A DNA stretch of 57,265 nt, taken from Candidatus Adlerbacteria bacterium (lineage in GTDB: Bacteria > Patescibacteriota > Minisyncoccia > Phycocordibacterales > SBAW01). Under the pieces are notes generated by a model. The model had not been told where the DNA came from and searched no databases. It saw only the letters and a program-made list of their open reading frames with translations. Within the stretch, counting starts at the first letter, position 1; every line of letters begins with the position of its first letter. The translations under genes and the position numbers were made by a program. Positions 46,071 to 56,325 of this stretch are shown in pieces. Location of the stretch: contig CAWCNA010000003.1 in assembly GCA_963796795.1 (NCBI GenBank), positions 1 to 57,265 of the forward strand, in the 5' to 3' direction.

Positions 46071-48321
46071 ACCTCCGCCGATTCCCCAGGCCGTTCAGAT
46101 GCAGAGCGACCGAGCACTTCACGCGGCTTGGCACCGTCGCCAGGGCCAATGACGCCGCGTTCCTCAAGCGTGTCTATTAGGCGTGCCGCGCGCGCGTATC
46201 CGACACCCAGCTTCCGTTGCAGGTATGAGGTCGATGCCTTACCAGCTTCCATCACGGCTTCTTTTGCTGCTTCGTACATATCGTCATCAACATCTTCGTC
46301 GAGGCCGCCTCTGCCGCCCGAGCCGCTGTCGTTCAATGAAATAGTACTGACACCCGGCGCTGGTGCTGCGATATCAATCGGGATTTCTACATCATTATTT
46401 TTGGCAGATAAAGTCGGTTACTTTCTTTACTTCGTTTTCGCTGATGAATGCACTTTGCAAACGCACAGGTTTGCCCATATCACCACCTAAATACAGCATG
46501 TCACCTGCGCCAAGGAGTTTTTCGGCGCCGCCTTGGTCTAAAATAGTCCGCGAGTCAATTTGTGATGCAACCTGCAGAGCCAAGCGCGACGGCACGTTTG
46601 CCTTGATGAGGCCGGTAATGACATTTACCGACGGTCGCTGGGTCGAAAGCAACAAATGGATACCAACAGCGCGGCTCATCTGTGCCAAGCGCACGATGGC
46701 TGCTTCCAATTCGCGTGGATAGGTCTGCATAATGTCGGCCAGCTCGTCGATGACAACAACAATATAGGGCATCGCTTCAGGCACTGGTACGCCTTCCTCC
46801 GGTTCGCCGTTTTTACGGAGTTTTTCGAGTGCTGGTGTTAGGACGTTCTGGTGGTACGAATCAATGTCGCGGACACGATTTTCCTCCAGGATGTTGTACC
46901 GGCGTTCCATTTCGCGGCCCGCCCAGCGGAGTGCCATGATTGCTTTCTTCGGGTCGGTAATAACCGGCGAAAGAAGGTGGGGGAGTTTGTTATACAAGGT
47001 AAGTTCGACGCGCTTGGGGTCGATCATCAAAAAGCGCAATTGTTGCGGGCCGGCGCGGTACAAAAGCGAGGTGATGATGGCGTGGATAGTTACCGACTTG
47101 CCCGAACCTGTGGCTCCCGCAATAAGCATGTGAGGCATCTTTGCGATGTTGCCAAAATGCGAACCGCCGGCAATGTCGCGGCCGAGTGCTACGAGCAGAG
47201 GTTTGGGTGAGTCGGCGAATTCGTGTGCCTCAAGCAAAGTGCCCAACCCGACGGTTACTTTTGTCGAGTTCGGCACTTCAATACCAACGAGTGATTTGCC
47301 GGGGATTGGAGCTTCAATACGGACTGGGTGCGCGGCGAGTGCCAGCTCCAAGTTTTGTTGGAGCGTCATAATTTTTTGCAGCCGCACGCCCTCGGCGGGT
47401 TTTATTGCGTAGCGGGTCACCGACGGGCCGATTGAAATTTCATCAAGTTCGACAACAATGCCAAAGTTTGCAAGGGTGCGTTTAATGATGTTGGCGTTCC
47501 CTTTTATATCGCCCACTCCAGGACGACCCTTGTCACGCTCAAGCAGCGACAGTGGCGGGGGAGTGTATTGGCCGAGGAGTGATTTTAAGTTGGCTGCGGC
47601 CACGCGCGCCTGAGCTTCCTTAGAAGATGCAGCTCGTGAGGCCTGTGCAAAACCCTTCTGACGCGGCCACAGGCCGCGCAACCGGGTTCTGCTGCGGCTC
47701 ATCGTCTTCCTCGTCATCTAGACTTGCGTAGGTTGGCGCTAGCTCGTCATCTTCAGGGAGTCCTTTAATGTCTGGCTCGCCATCAACATTCTTTTTTCCA
47801 AACAGGCGTTTGAAGAGCGCGATAATTCCTCGCCCCACCGATGCAATCATTGCAGGCGAGATACGACCCTCAAGAAGTATTAATAGAGAGATGAGCGAGA
47901 GTCCTCCCAATATAATGAGTGCAGCATAGATATCAAAAAATTGCACTGCGGGGTGGGCGATTGCCGCACCCACAAGTCCTCCTCTTCCCGAAAGAGCGTC
48001 GACAAATCCAAGCCCTGCAAAAATAAAAATAGCGCTCGCGAGAAGTTTAAGTGGATGGAACCCAGCCGACTCTTCGCGCAAGGCACTCCACGCCAAAATA
48101 AAAAAGAGCAATGGGAGTAGAAAATATCCGACACCAAGAAGATAGTTAAACAACCAGTAGACATCTGTGCCGCCATTACCCGCAGCGCCAAAGTAGGCGA
48201 GGGTAAATATGATGCCGAGAATGATAAGAAAAATGGCGATTATTGCCCGCTTTGTTTCTGCCGGAATGCCGCGCAGCGGATGTGAGCTTTCAGCTTTTTG
48301 TTTGCCTGATTTCCGCGCCAT
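46067..48321 (-). pseudogene. ftsK: DNA translocase FtsK/SpoIIIE, two frame disruptions as sequenced
   Basis: N-terminal 4-5 TM part (48321-47620), motor domain with Walker A AGATGSGKS (47717-46395), and gamma winged-helix domain TSYLQRKLGVGYARAARLIDTLEERGVIG (46336-46067). The parts lie in three different frames. Confidence 0.88.
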
Positions 48322-48387
48322 AGTATGCGCACATGATAGCACGCGCATACACGGATTTCCGCGTATTTCCTTATGTGGAAAGCTTTT

Positions 48388-48415
48388 TTGCTTTCTTTCC
48401 GGAGAACGGTATACT
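48388..48415 (+). promoter_or_regulatory. sigma70-like promoter candidate
   Basis: TTGCTT (48388-48393), 16-nt spacer, TATACT (48410-48415). Confidence 0.35.
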
Positions 48416-48436
48416 CAAAGACGTAAAGAGTCTTTG
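48416..48436. promoter_or_regulatory. operator-like palindrome immediately after the -10 element
   Basis: CAAAGAC-n7-GTCTTTG. Related TAAAGGAC/TAAAGAC boxes follow at 48464, 48475 and 48543. Confidence 0.35.
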
Positions 48437-48573
48437 ACAGTCTTTTAGAAAATTAAAAGACAATAAAGGACTTTTTAAAGACAAAATCGTGTCTCGATAT
48501 ACACAAGAAATTTCACGAGTTTGCTTTAAAATCAATCCTTTTTAAAGGACGTACTGATTGGTATTTTTGTTAT

Positions 48574-49212
48574 TTGAAATCAGAAAAAATCGCGCATGTA
48601 TTGTCTGTTCTGGCACAACAATCGGAGGTAAAAGAGCGCGAGTTGGCCTATAAACTGAGTATTGCGGCAAGCGAGCTTCCACAAACTATTGCACATTTTG
48701 CTGCGGGCGAAGTCGATGCATCAGTCGTTGTTGCAGATATTTTCTCGCTCCTTTCGCGTGTGCGGCTTGGCACTACAAGCGGCCTGTTGGGTAAGGAAAA
48801 CAGCGCTATATTGCTCGGCGAATATGAAGCGCTCGCCGAGCGTTTTTCTTTGAGTTTGCATCCGTCGCCGTTTACATCAATTCAAGATTTTTCTGTGCCC
48901 GAAATTGATACGGAGGAGGGTGCTTCGCAGGCGGGACAAAAACTTCTTGGAGGACAGCAATTTTCAGGGACAGAAAAGAATAAAGGACAAATTAAAGGAC
49001 ATTTTGACCCAGAGTATAAGGGACAAAGTGATAGGCTCGAAAAAATACTCCAATTTGTGCGTGCAAATGCACAGTCTTCCATAAAAGATATAGCCGCGGT
49101 TATACGCAATTGCAGCGAAAAGACCATCCAGCGCGAGCTTGGTGTCCTTATATCAAAAGGGTTGGTTAAAAAGATAGGCGAACGTCGCTGGAGCGTCTAC
49201 GTTGCTATATAG
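48574..49212 (+). CDS. transcriptional regulator with C-terminal winged-HTH (DeoR-like HTH)
   Basis: C-terminal SIKDIAAVIRNCSEKTIQRELGVLISKGLVKKIGERRWSVY. TTG start. Confidence 0.6.
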   Translation: MKSEKIAHVLSVLAQQSEVKERELAYKLSIAASELPQTIAHFAAGEVDASVVVADIFSLLSRVRLGTTSGLLGKENSAILLGEYEALAERFSLSLHPSPFTSIQDFSVPEIDTEEGASQAGQKLLGGQQFSGTEKNKGQIKGHFDPEYKGQSDRLEKILQFVRANAQSSIKDIAAVIRNCSEKTIQRELGVLISKGLVKKIGERRWSVYVAI

Positions 49213-49233
49213 CCCTACAAACAGGGCTATTTT
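49210..49233 (+). terminator. rho-independent terminator of the regulator gene
   Basis: tagccct-acaaac-agggcta-tttt, overlapping the stop codon. Confidence 0.6.
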
Positions 49234-49470
49234 GACCATACCTTATATATAGAGGTTTTCGATTGACTGCGGAACCCACCAGTGGTAGTTTTATGACACC
49301 CACAGACATGTGAACTCGGGCCCCTTGCGGGGCTCATTTGCGCGTTGTCCACAGGGTATTTTTGAGTTCTGCACCTCCGAGCCCTATACTTGAGTGTAGC
49401 GACTGAAAGTCGGCATACGGGGCATATATCGGAAGTACAGAATCGGCTCGCTCGTTGACAACAGAATAGC

Positions 49471-49497
49471 AAAACAAAAACGCGGTAAGTACCGCGT
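49471..49497 (-). terminator. minus-strand rho-independent terminator with no annotated gene upstream of it
   Basis: Read on the minus strand: acgcgg-tactta-ccgcgt followed by TTTTTGTTTT. Confidence 0.5.
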
Positions 49498-49769
49498 AAC
49501 GAGTGCGTCTCCACTACAAGTAGAGAATGTGCTCTTCCCGAATTCCTTATCCCTTCATGGTTGCTATGGTTGACAGTCCCATTCCCATTCTGGCTACCAA
49601 TCGCGTGGCTCACTGTTCAAGGTTTCGCGCATCTCTTCCTTCTTTATAAGAGGGAACAAAGAGATGACGATATCTTGGCAATTCGAGACAGCGGGTAGAT
49701 GTTTTTACGCAGGTTCATTTTTATCGGCACGATTACAAGTAATTATTAGTTTGTTCGATTAGTTACATT

Positions 49770-52700
49770 ATGACTATTACTCAGAGTTCAACACGTTTCG
49801 TCGCTACCGTCGGCGGCGCAGTAGTTGCTCTCGGACTTTTGTTCGGAGCAGTTGCAGCACCAGTCCACGCGTCAGCACTGACCTCTTCTCAGGTCAGCGC
49901 GATTGTCTCTCTCCTCCAGTCCTTCGGGGCTGATGCGGGAACCATCGCAAACGTACAGGCATCGCTCACTGGCGGTACCGTTACTACCACAACTGGTAGC
50001 ACAACGACCACCTCATCAGGCGGTTCTTGCACGACAACCTTTACTACCGACATGACTGTCGGTTCAACCGGTTCGAGCGTCATGGCACTTCAGAAGTTCC
50101 TCAACATGAGCGCGGCAACTATGGTTGCTTCCTCAGGTGCAGGTTCTCCTGGCATGGAAACTTCAACCTTCGGTCCTGCTACAAAGGCAGCCGTTATGAA
50201 GTTCCAGACTGCCAATGGCATCTCACCGGTTTCTGGATACGTCGGTCCGTTAACTCGCGCAAAGCTTAATTCGCTCTGCACTTCGTCAACAACCACGACC
50301 ACCACAACCACGGGCGGTACGACAACTACCACCACGGGTACTGGCACTGCAACGATCTCGGCAGCGGCACAGCCTGCAAACGGCATCGCTCCGAACAATG
50401 CAGCTCGCATTCCGTTCACTAAGTTCACTGTTTCCGCTTCAGGCGGCAATGTAACACTTAACAGTGTCACAGTTGAACGCGATGGTATCGCGTCCGACCA
50501 GGCCTTCACTGGCGTAATGCTCTTGGACCAGAATGGTAACCAGATTGGTATCTCGAAGACTTTGAACAGCAATCACCAGGCGGTGGTTGGTTCAGCAGTT
50601 GTTATTCCGAGCGGCACGTCGATGACCTTTACGGTTGCGGCAAACCGTGGTAACACCACCACCTTCGCAGGTCAGATCGCTACCTTCTCTGTCGTTACGG
50701 TTAACACCAACGCGGCAGTAACAAACGGTTCGCTCCCAATTAGCGGTGCAAGCCAGACAATCAACGAGGCTTCAAACCTCATTGGTTCAATCACAGCTTC
50801 AAAGGGTACAAATGACCCAGGTGCTGCTAACAGTGAAAACGTAGGTCAGAACTTCGTACATCTTCTCTTCGATCCGCCTTACGGCAGGTTCATCTGAAGA
50901 CACATACTTGAAGTCAATCCGCTTCCACCAGGTTGGCTCCGCTTCGCAGTCATACCTTGCAAACGTTGTGGTCGTAGTTGATGGCACTTCATACCCGACA
51001 ACGGTATCAAGCGACAATTACTACACTGCAAACTTCCCAGGTCAGGGCCTTCTTCTCCAGAAGGGCTTCTCCAAGGATGTTGCAATCCAGGGTGACATCG
51101 CTAACGGCTCTAACACGACAGTTGAGTTCGATGTCCAAAAGGCATCTGACATCAACGTCGTCGGCGCACAGTATGGCTACGGCATCTTGCCATCATTCTC
51201 AGCTGACAGCAGTGTCTGTGTCGCAGCCGGCACAAACTGCGGTGCAGTTAAGGCAAGTGATGATCCTTACTACGCTAGCTTCACGACAACCATCTCGGCA
51301 GGTATCATAACTGTTTCGACTTCGAACGCAGTTACCTCCGGCAACGTCGCAATCAACCAGCAAAACCAGATCATCGGCGGTTACACCGTCCAGGATCAGG
51401 GTGAGGCGGTTACTGTCGGCAAGATGGTCTTCCAGGTTACTGAAGGCAGCTCGGCCGCAACCTACGCTGACTTGACGAGCGTTTCGCTCGTTGACCAGAA
51501 TGGTCACGTCCTTGCAGGCCCGGTTGATGCTACGAACGGTACCCAGTCGGATGCAATCGTAACCTTTACGGATACGGTGACTCTTCCGGTTGGCACCACG
51601 CAGCTCATGCTTGAAGGCAAGCTCGGCACGAACTTCAAGACCAATGACACTATCCAAGCTTCGACAACTCCGTCGTCTCAGTGGACAACTGTCACTGGCC
51701 AGACAACTGGCCGCAGCCTCACGATCTCTCCGGCAAGCTCTCTCACGAGCGCTTCTCGAACAGTCAAGGCAGCAAGCTTGAATGTTTCGGTCTCGTCGAC
51801 ACCTATCGCGCAGACGGTTATCGCTGGTTCAAACCAGTTCACCTTCGCAAACATCATCCTTGATGCAACTGCGTCTGGTGAAGATCTCCGCCTCACGACT
51901 CTCCCGATCCGCTACAGCTTCACTGGTACGTCAAACAACTTGACGAACTGCCAGCTGTACAACGGCACAACGATGGTCTCTGACCAGCATGTGTACAATC
52001 CGGCTTCAGGTCTTACTACTAATACACTCGTTGGGTTCTCGCTCGACAGCGGTGGTGTCGTTATTCCAAAAGGAACAACGGTTACTCTCTCGCTTGACTG
52101 CGATGTACGCAGCGGTGCAACAGGTACGTACAACTTCGGTCTCGCCTCAGGCGACGTTGTTGGTGCTTCAGGTGTAACCAGCGGCTCGACTGTCAACGGT
52201 GTGTTGACAACGAACGCAGGTAACGTCATGAACGTATCTTCAGGTGGCACTATATCGGTCGCACTTGACTCTTCAACCCCGACCTTCGGCGTTGTGTCTG
52301 CAGGCTCAACAGGTGTTGACCTTGGCCACATCCGTCTTGCCGGTACGAACGAGGCAATTGACCTCCGTCAGGTTGCCCTTGTTCTCTCAGGCGGCACCCG
52401 CACTGACCTCGTAAATAACTCGGTCACTCTGTGGGATGCTACGACGAACACGCAGGTTGGTACGGCGGTATTCCCGTCAGGCAACAATGCAACTTCGTCA
52501 CAAATTGCGTCGGGTGCATTCCGCATCCCGGTCAACGGTTCACGTGTCCTCATCATCAAGGGTGACATTGCTGCAATCAGCACCAATGGTCCTTTGACAG
52601 CATCGGGCGACACGCTCAAGGTCAACTACGACGGTGCTAACGTCACTGGTACCAACGGTACCTACGGCGTCGGTGTCTCATCTGGCCAGAACCGCCAGCC

Positions 52701-53346
52701 GTCAAGCGCAACAACTGCTGTAAACGGCGTAACGATCTACAAGTCGTTCCCAACCTTCACTTACAGCACAGCGGGTGGCGCAGCATTCAGCGGCAACCAA
52801 ACTCTCTTGAGCCTCACCGTCGGTGCAGACTCAAAGGGTGACGTATCGTTGAACAAGCTCACCTTCTCGGTTGCAACTTCAACTGCTAACCTTTCCAGCG
52901 TAACCTTCACAGGTCCTAACGGAAACGTAGCAAGCTCATCGACCTTCCTCTTGAACCCAGCTGGTACGCTCATCACGGTATTCTTCGACAGCGTGTCGAA
53001 CACATCTGATGCAGTTGTCCCTGCAGGTACGACTAAGACCTACACCCTCCGCGGCACTCTTGCCCTCACAGGCAACAACAGCAGCTCGGGTTCAGTCGCA
53101 GTCGCTCTCAAGGCTGATGCCGCTCTCCCACTCATCACCTCAAACGGTAATGGTTTGGCGACGACAACAGTTGCAGGTGTTGGAGGTGCTCTCGCATCCA
53201 GCAACATTATCTGGTCTCCGGAATCGACCTCAACGGTCCTTACCCCAGGCACGAACAATGACTGGACAAACGGCTATGGTCTCGGCGGATGCTTCGCATC
53301 TTCTGGCCTTGCTCAGGACTGCTTCGCAAACGTTATCTCTCACTAA
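49770..53346 (+). pseudogene. giant cell-surface protein (signal peptide, peptidoglycan-binding domain, poly-Thr linker, many Ig-like repeats), split by one frame disruption
   Basis: Signal/anchor FVATVGGAVVALGLLFGAVAAPVHA. PG_binding_1-like GSSVMALQKFLN...GPATKAAVMKFQTANGISPVSGYVGPLTRAKL. ORF 1 ends at 50897. The +1 frame is open from 50845 and reads ...SYIFSSIRLTAGSSEDTYLKSIRFHQVGSAS, continuing into ORF 2. Confidence 0.8.
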
Positions 53347-53382
53347 TCTAGTGAAAGTAGCGCTAGCGTAAGTTAGCTCAGC

Positions 53383-53410
53383 AAAAGCCCCCTCTCACGA
53401 GGGGGCTTTT
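53383..53410 (+). terminator. rho-independent terminator after the surface-protein gene
   Basis: aaaa-gccccctc-tcac-gagggggc-tttt. Confidence 0.8.
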
Positions 53411-53491
53411 GTGTTATGTGGGGAGAGGTTTTTATCAAAAATGAATTTGTATTTTAAAGAAATTTCACTGGCTGATTTGTATACATAAAGG

Positions 53492-54103
53492 GTGAAATCT
53501 TTGCTTGTAAAAATAGTCCCCGTTGTCCGCTGGCCGCTTCTTGTGATCGTAATTCTTTATAGTGTGCTTGTTATATATAGAATCCCAGCAGTAGATGAAG
53601 AACGGAGAACTGTTGAGGCCGTGGCACATATAGACACCCAAAAAATAACTATGAGTGATGTGATGGGGAGCAACGTGCCACCCGTCCCTGACCCTGGCTT
53701 AAATGACAGAACAGTTGCTGGCATTGATGCCAACCATAACGATATCCGTGACGATGTTGAATTGGCACTTTTCAAAAAGTATCCAGACTCCATAAAGATT
53801 CGCGCTGCGGAATTACAGTATGCACGTGCGCTTCAAGTAGAAATGACGGAAGTTTTTAATTCTGATACGTGGGTCGCCGCAGTACAAGAGGAAGATAGGG
53901 GGTATCAATGCATTGGAGAAACATATCCGCGCACCAACCTACAGCAATTTTTAGATGTCACCGACGCCCGTTCAAATGAAGTTGAGAACTTGGTTTTCAA
54001 CACACAGATAAGGAAAGATGCACGTGGCACATCTTCTCGCTTCACAACAAGTTTTGGCTTGAAGGATATTAATGTATGCGACATAGATTTAGCTACACTG
54101 TAG
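53492..54103 (+). CDS. membrane-anchored hypothetical protein
   Basis: 203 aa, GTG start, N-terminal TM segment (WPLLVIVILYSVLVIY). Confidence 0.55.
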   Translation: MKSLLVKIVPVVRWPLLVIVILYSVLVIYRIPAVDEERRTVEAVAHIDTQKITMSDVMGSNVPPVPDPGLNDRTVAGIDANHNDIRDDVELALFKKYPDSIKIRAAELQYARALQVEMTEVFNSDTWVAAVQEEDRGYQCIGETYPRTNLQQFLDVTDARSNEVENLVFNTQIRKDARGTSSRFTTSFGLKDINVCDIDLATL

Positions 54104-56313
54104 CGCTGCTTTGTATTGTTTTTATGCCACAGCTGGTATTTGCCAGCACATGCTCTTCGACTGGTTTTACTGTTGAATATATAAATGGAGTTTCTGACAC
54201 ACTGCAAGAGTCAAAAGCGAACCTTATATTACTCCAAAAAATCTTAGGGCTTGAATATAAAGGCCAGCCGCTATCAATAAATCTTGCATATAATGCAGAC
54301 CATGTTGGAGGGGTGGGGAGTGTGGCGGAATTGATTTCGCAAATGCTGCTGAGTCCTATTTCTGACTACGATTTTCATACGGTGCTCGCGCAAATGGCGG
54401 TTGATGATACGACACGCAAGCTCGTACTTTTTGGCCATTCGCAGGGGGCACTGTATGCCAACTCTATGTATGGCTATGTTACGTCAAACGGTGAACCAGC
54501 TCGGTCAGTAGATGTATACGCCATGGCAACGCCTGCAAGTTATGTTGCAGGTGGAGGAAAATATATTACCTCTGCACAAGATGCGGTTATATACGCGACC
54601 AGGGCGTTGGCACAAAAGTTGGGAATCCCTGCACCTTTGCCCGCGAACGTTTCTATATCTGGCAACCTAGCCCCTGCCGACTTACCCCAAACACATTTCT
54701 TCCCGACATATATAGATGGCGCCGGAGACAGGATAGTACGAGACATTGATACCCAGCTTGATGAGCTGCAGAGCCAACCTACTTCAAGTACTACTGGCTG
54801 CTTTACGCCTCCTGCAGAAACTACTGCCGATCGCGTACAACAGGTGGCTTTTGCTGTTGCCGACCCAGTTGCAGATCTGGCACGAGGGGGGATCGAGGTT
54901 ATATATCAAACTACAGCAGCAATTATAAGTAGTGTCGTTGAGGTTGCACAGGCAAGCTATTCTGCAATTGCATCAGCCACGCAATTTGTGTCAGCCTCCA
55001 ATACAAACCCAGCAGGACCCGAAACACAAGAAAAGAATTTTGTTATTACGAAAAAATTGTACGGCTCAAGTATCGACCAGCAAGAATATGCCGAATTAAA
55101 TACTCAAGGAAGTGCAGTAATTACAGCAGTTGCTTCAGAGGAAACAGAGCCAGCCTCTGGATATATTTCCACAAGTAGTGCGGCGACCACTTCGATATTT
55201 GTTGCAAGCGCCACGTCGACGTCATCTGTGTGGGGTGCCGTAGTTACTACAGCAACAAGCACAGCACCAGTTCTATTTTTGGGAGGTAGCGCGTTGCCAC
55301 CCCCGTCACCTATAAGTATAGTGGTCATCGCGACGAGCACTGGCAGTACTACGCCGCCGGCAAGCCCACCCATTGCATCAACAACCCCGCCAATCGCTTC
55401 ATCTACACCTTCCACAGCACCCACAAATATTTTTACTGCTTCAACAACCCCACCCTCACTTACTGTTGCTGAATGTGCAAATTCTCTTAGTTCCCACGAG
55501 TGCCTTATAGGCACCACAACCGCAACACTTTCTTGGACTGCGACACAATATGCGGTGCAATACGGGATTATTGTTGATGGTATACAAACAGCGACGACAA
55601 GCGCCTTGCAAGCGACTACGACACTTACTGACCAGACTACTGCGGAAATTTCTATCATTGCGTACGATATGCAAAACGCATCAGCAACGTCCAGCGTGCA
55701 GTCGGTAGCAGTTGCGGTGCCGGTGCCTCACCCCATACTCGCGTTGAGCGATACGTTTGATAATTTTAAGACAGATACTATAGAGTGGCAGACATTTGGT
55801 CATAATGAAAAAATATTTGATTTCGATGACAACACTGATGGCGAATGTTTTAAGAACGGATGTATTGTTGGTATGGGAGGCAATATATTTTCGACACTTA
55901 TTCCGCGGGTGTATGTCGAGACGCAGCCAGCGTTGTTCAACGGCGCTTTTAGTATCTACGCAAAAGCACGGAGTGGTTTTAATAACCCGGACCCGACAAT
56001 TTCAATCTGCCAAGCTGGTTCGAACGGATGCCTCGATCAGGCAGGGGTAAATGTCCAAGGCATAACTTTTCTGCACGCAATACCCCTTGATGACACGTGG
56101 CATCAGTATTATTTTGCCTGGCAGCAAGGAAGCCCGTATGTGCAAAGTTGCATTATGGAAGACGATATTCGCCCTGCCGATTGCGTGTGGGTCGACACTA
56201 CCATTATGTCAGGTACCAAATTTGACGGTGTGGCATTCTGGTCGGGGAATAGCTATCGTTCCGACGTAGCCCCGAACGCGAACCTCTGGTTTGATGAGCT
56301 GCAGGCGCAGTAG
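54076..56313 (+). CDS. secreted multidomain protein: alpha/beta-hydrolase-like N-domain (GHSQG), Ser/Thr/Pro linker, C-terminal lectin/LamG-like region
   Basis: Signal peptide ALLCIVFMPQLVFAS and nucleophile elbow LVLFGHSQGALYANSMY. The low-complexity TSTxxP linker spans 55.1-55.5 kb. Confidence 0.65.
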   Translation: MRHRFSYTVALLCIVFMPQLVFASTCSSTGFTVEYINGVSDTLQESKANLILLQKILGLEYKGQPLSINLAYNADHVGGVGSVAELISQMLLSPISDYDFHTVLAQMAVDDTTRKLVLFGHSQGALYANSMYGYVTSNGEPARSVDVYAMATPASYVAGGGKYITSAQDAVIYATRALAQKLGIPAPLPANVSISGNLAPADLPQTHFFPTYIDGAGDRIVRDIDTQLDELQSQPTSSTTGCFTPPAETTADRVQQVAFAVADPVADLARGGIEVIYQTTAAIISSVVEVAQASYSAIASATQFVSASNTNPAGPETQEKNFVITKKLYGSSIDQQEYAELNTQGSAVITAVASEETEPASGYISTSSAATTSIFVASATSTSSVWGAVVTTATSTAPVLFLGGSALPPPSPISIVVIATSTGSTTPPASPPIASTTPPIASSTPSTAPTNIFTASTTPPSLTVAECANSLSSHECLIGTTTATLSWTATQYAVQYGIIVDGIQTATTSALQATTTLTDQTTAEISIIAYDMQNASATSSVQSVAVAVPVPHPILALSDTFDNFKTDTIEWQTFGHNEKIFDFDDNTDGECFKNGCIVGMGGNIFSTLIPRVYVETQPALFNGAFSIYAKARSGFNNPDPTISICQAGSNGCLDQAGVNVQGITFLHAIPLDDTWHQYYFAWQQGSPYVQSCIMEDDIRPADCVWVDTTIMSGTKFDGVAFWSGNSYRSDVAPNANLWFDELQAQ

Positions 56314-56325
56314 TACAATAGAGGT

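Noticed and set aside
49400-49520. RNase P-like strings (gaaagtcggc, acagaatcggct) and a tmRNA-like 3' end (gcgtctccac).
   Set aside because: The two RNase P-like strings are only about 25 nt apart rather than about 300 nt, and the rest of the conserved core is absent. The hairpin before gtctccac has a 6-nt loop rather than a T-loop, and no tmRNA 5' end or tag ORF was found.
50283-50345. The ACC/ACG/ACA-rich low-complexity tract as a possible microsatellite.
   Set aside because: It is an in-frame poly-Thr/Gly linker of the surface protein that uses mixed Thr codons. It is not a pure nucleotide repeat.
55104-55658. A 184-aa minus-strand ORF inside the hydrolase-stalk gene. Similar antisense ORFs occur within the surface-protein genes (for example 50090-50572, 51199-51657 and 51912-52331).
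   Set aside because: They lie antisense to long, continuous, signal-peptide-bearing ORFs. They arise from the biased Thr/Ser/Val/Ala codon content.
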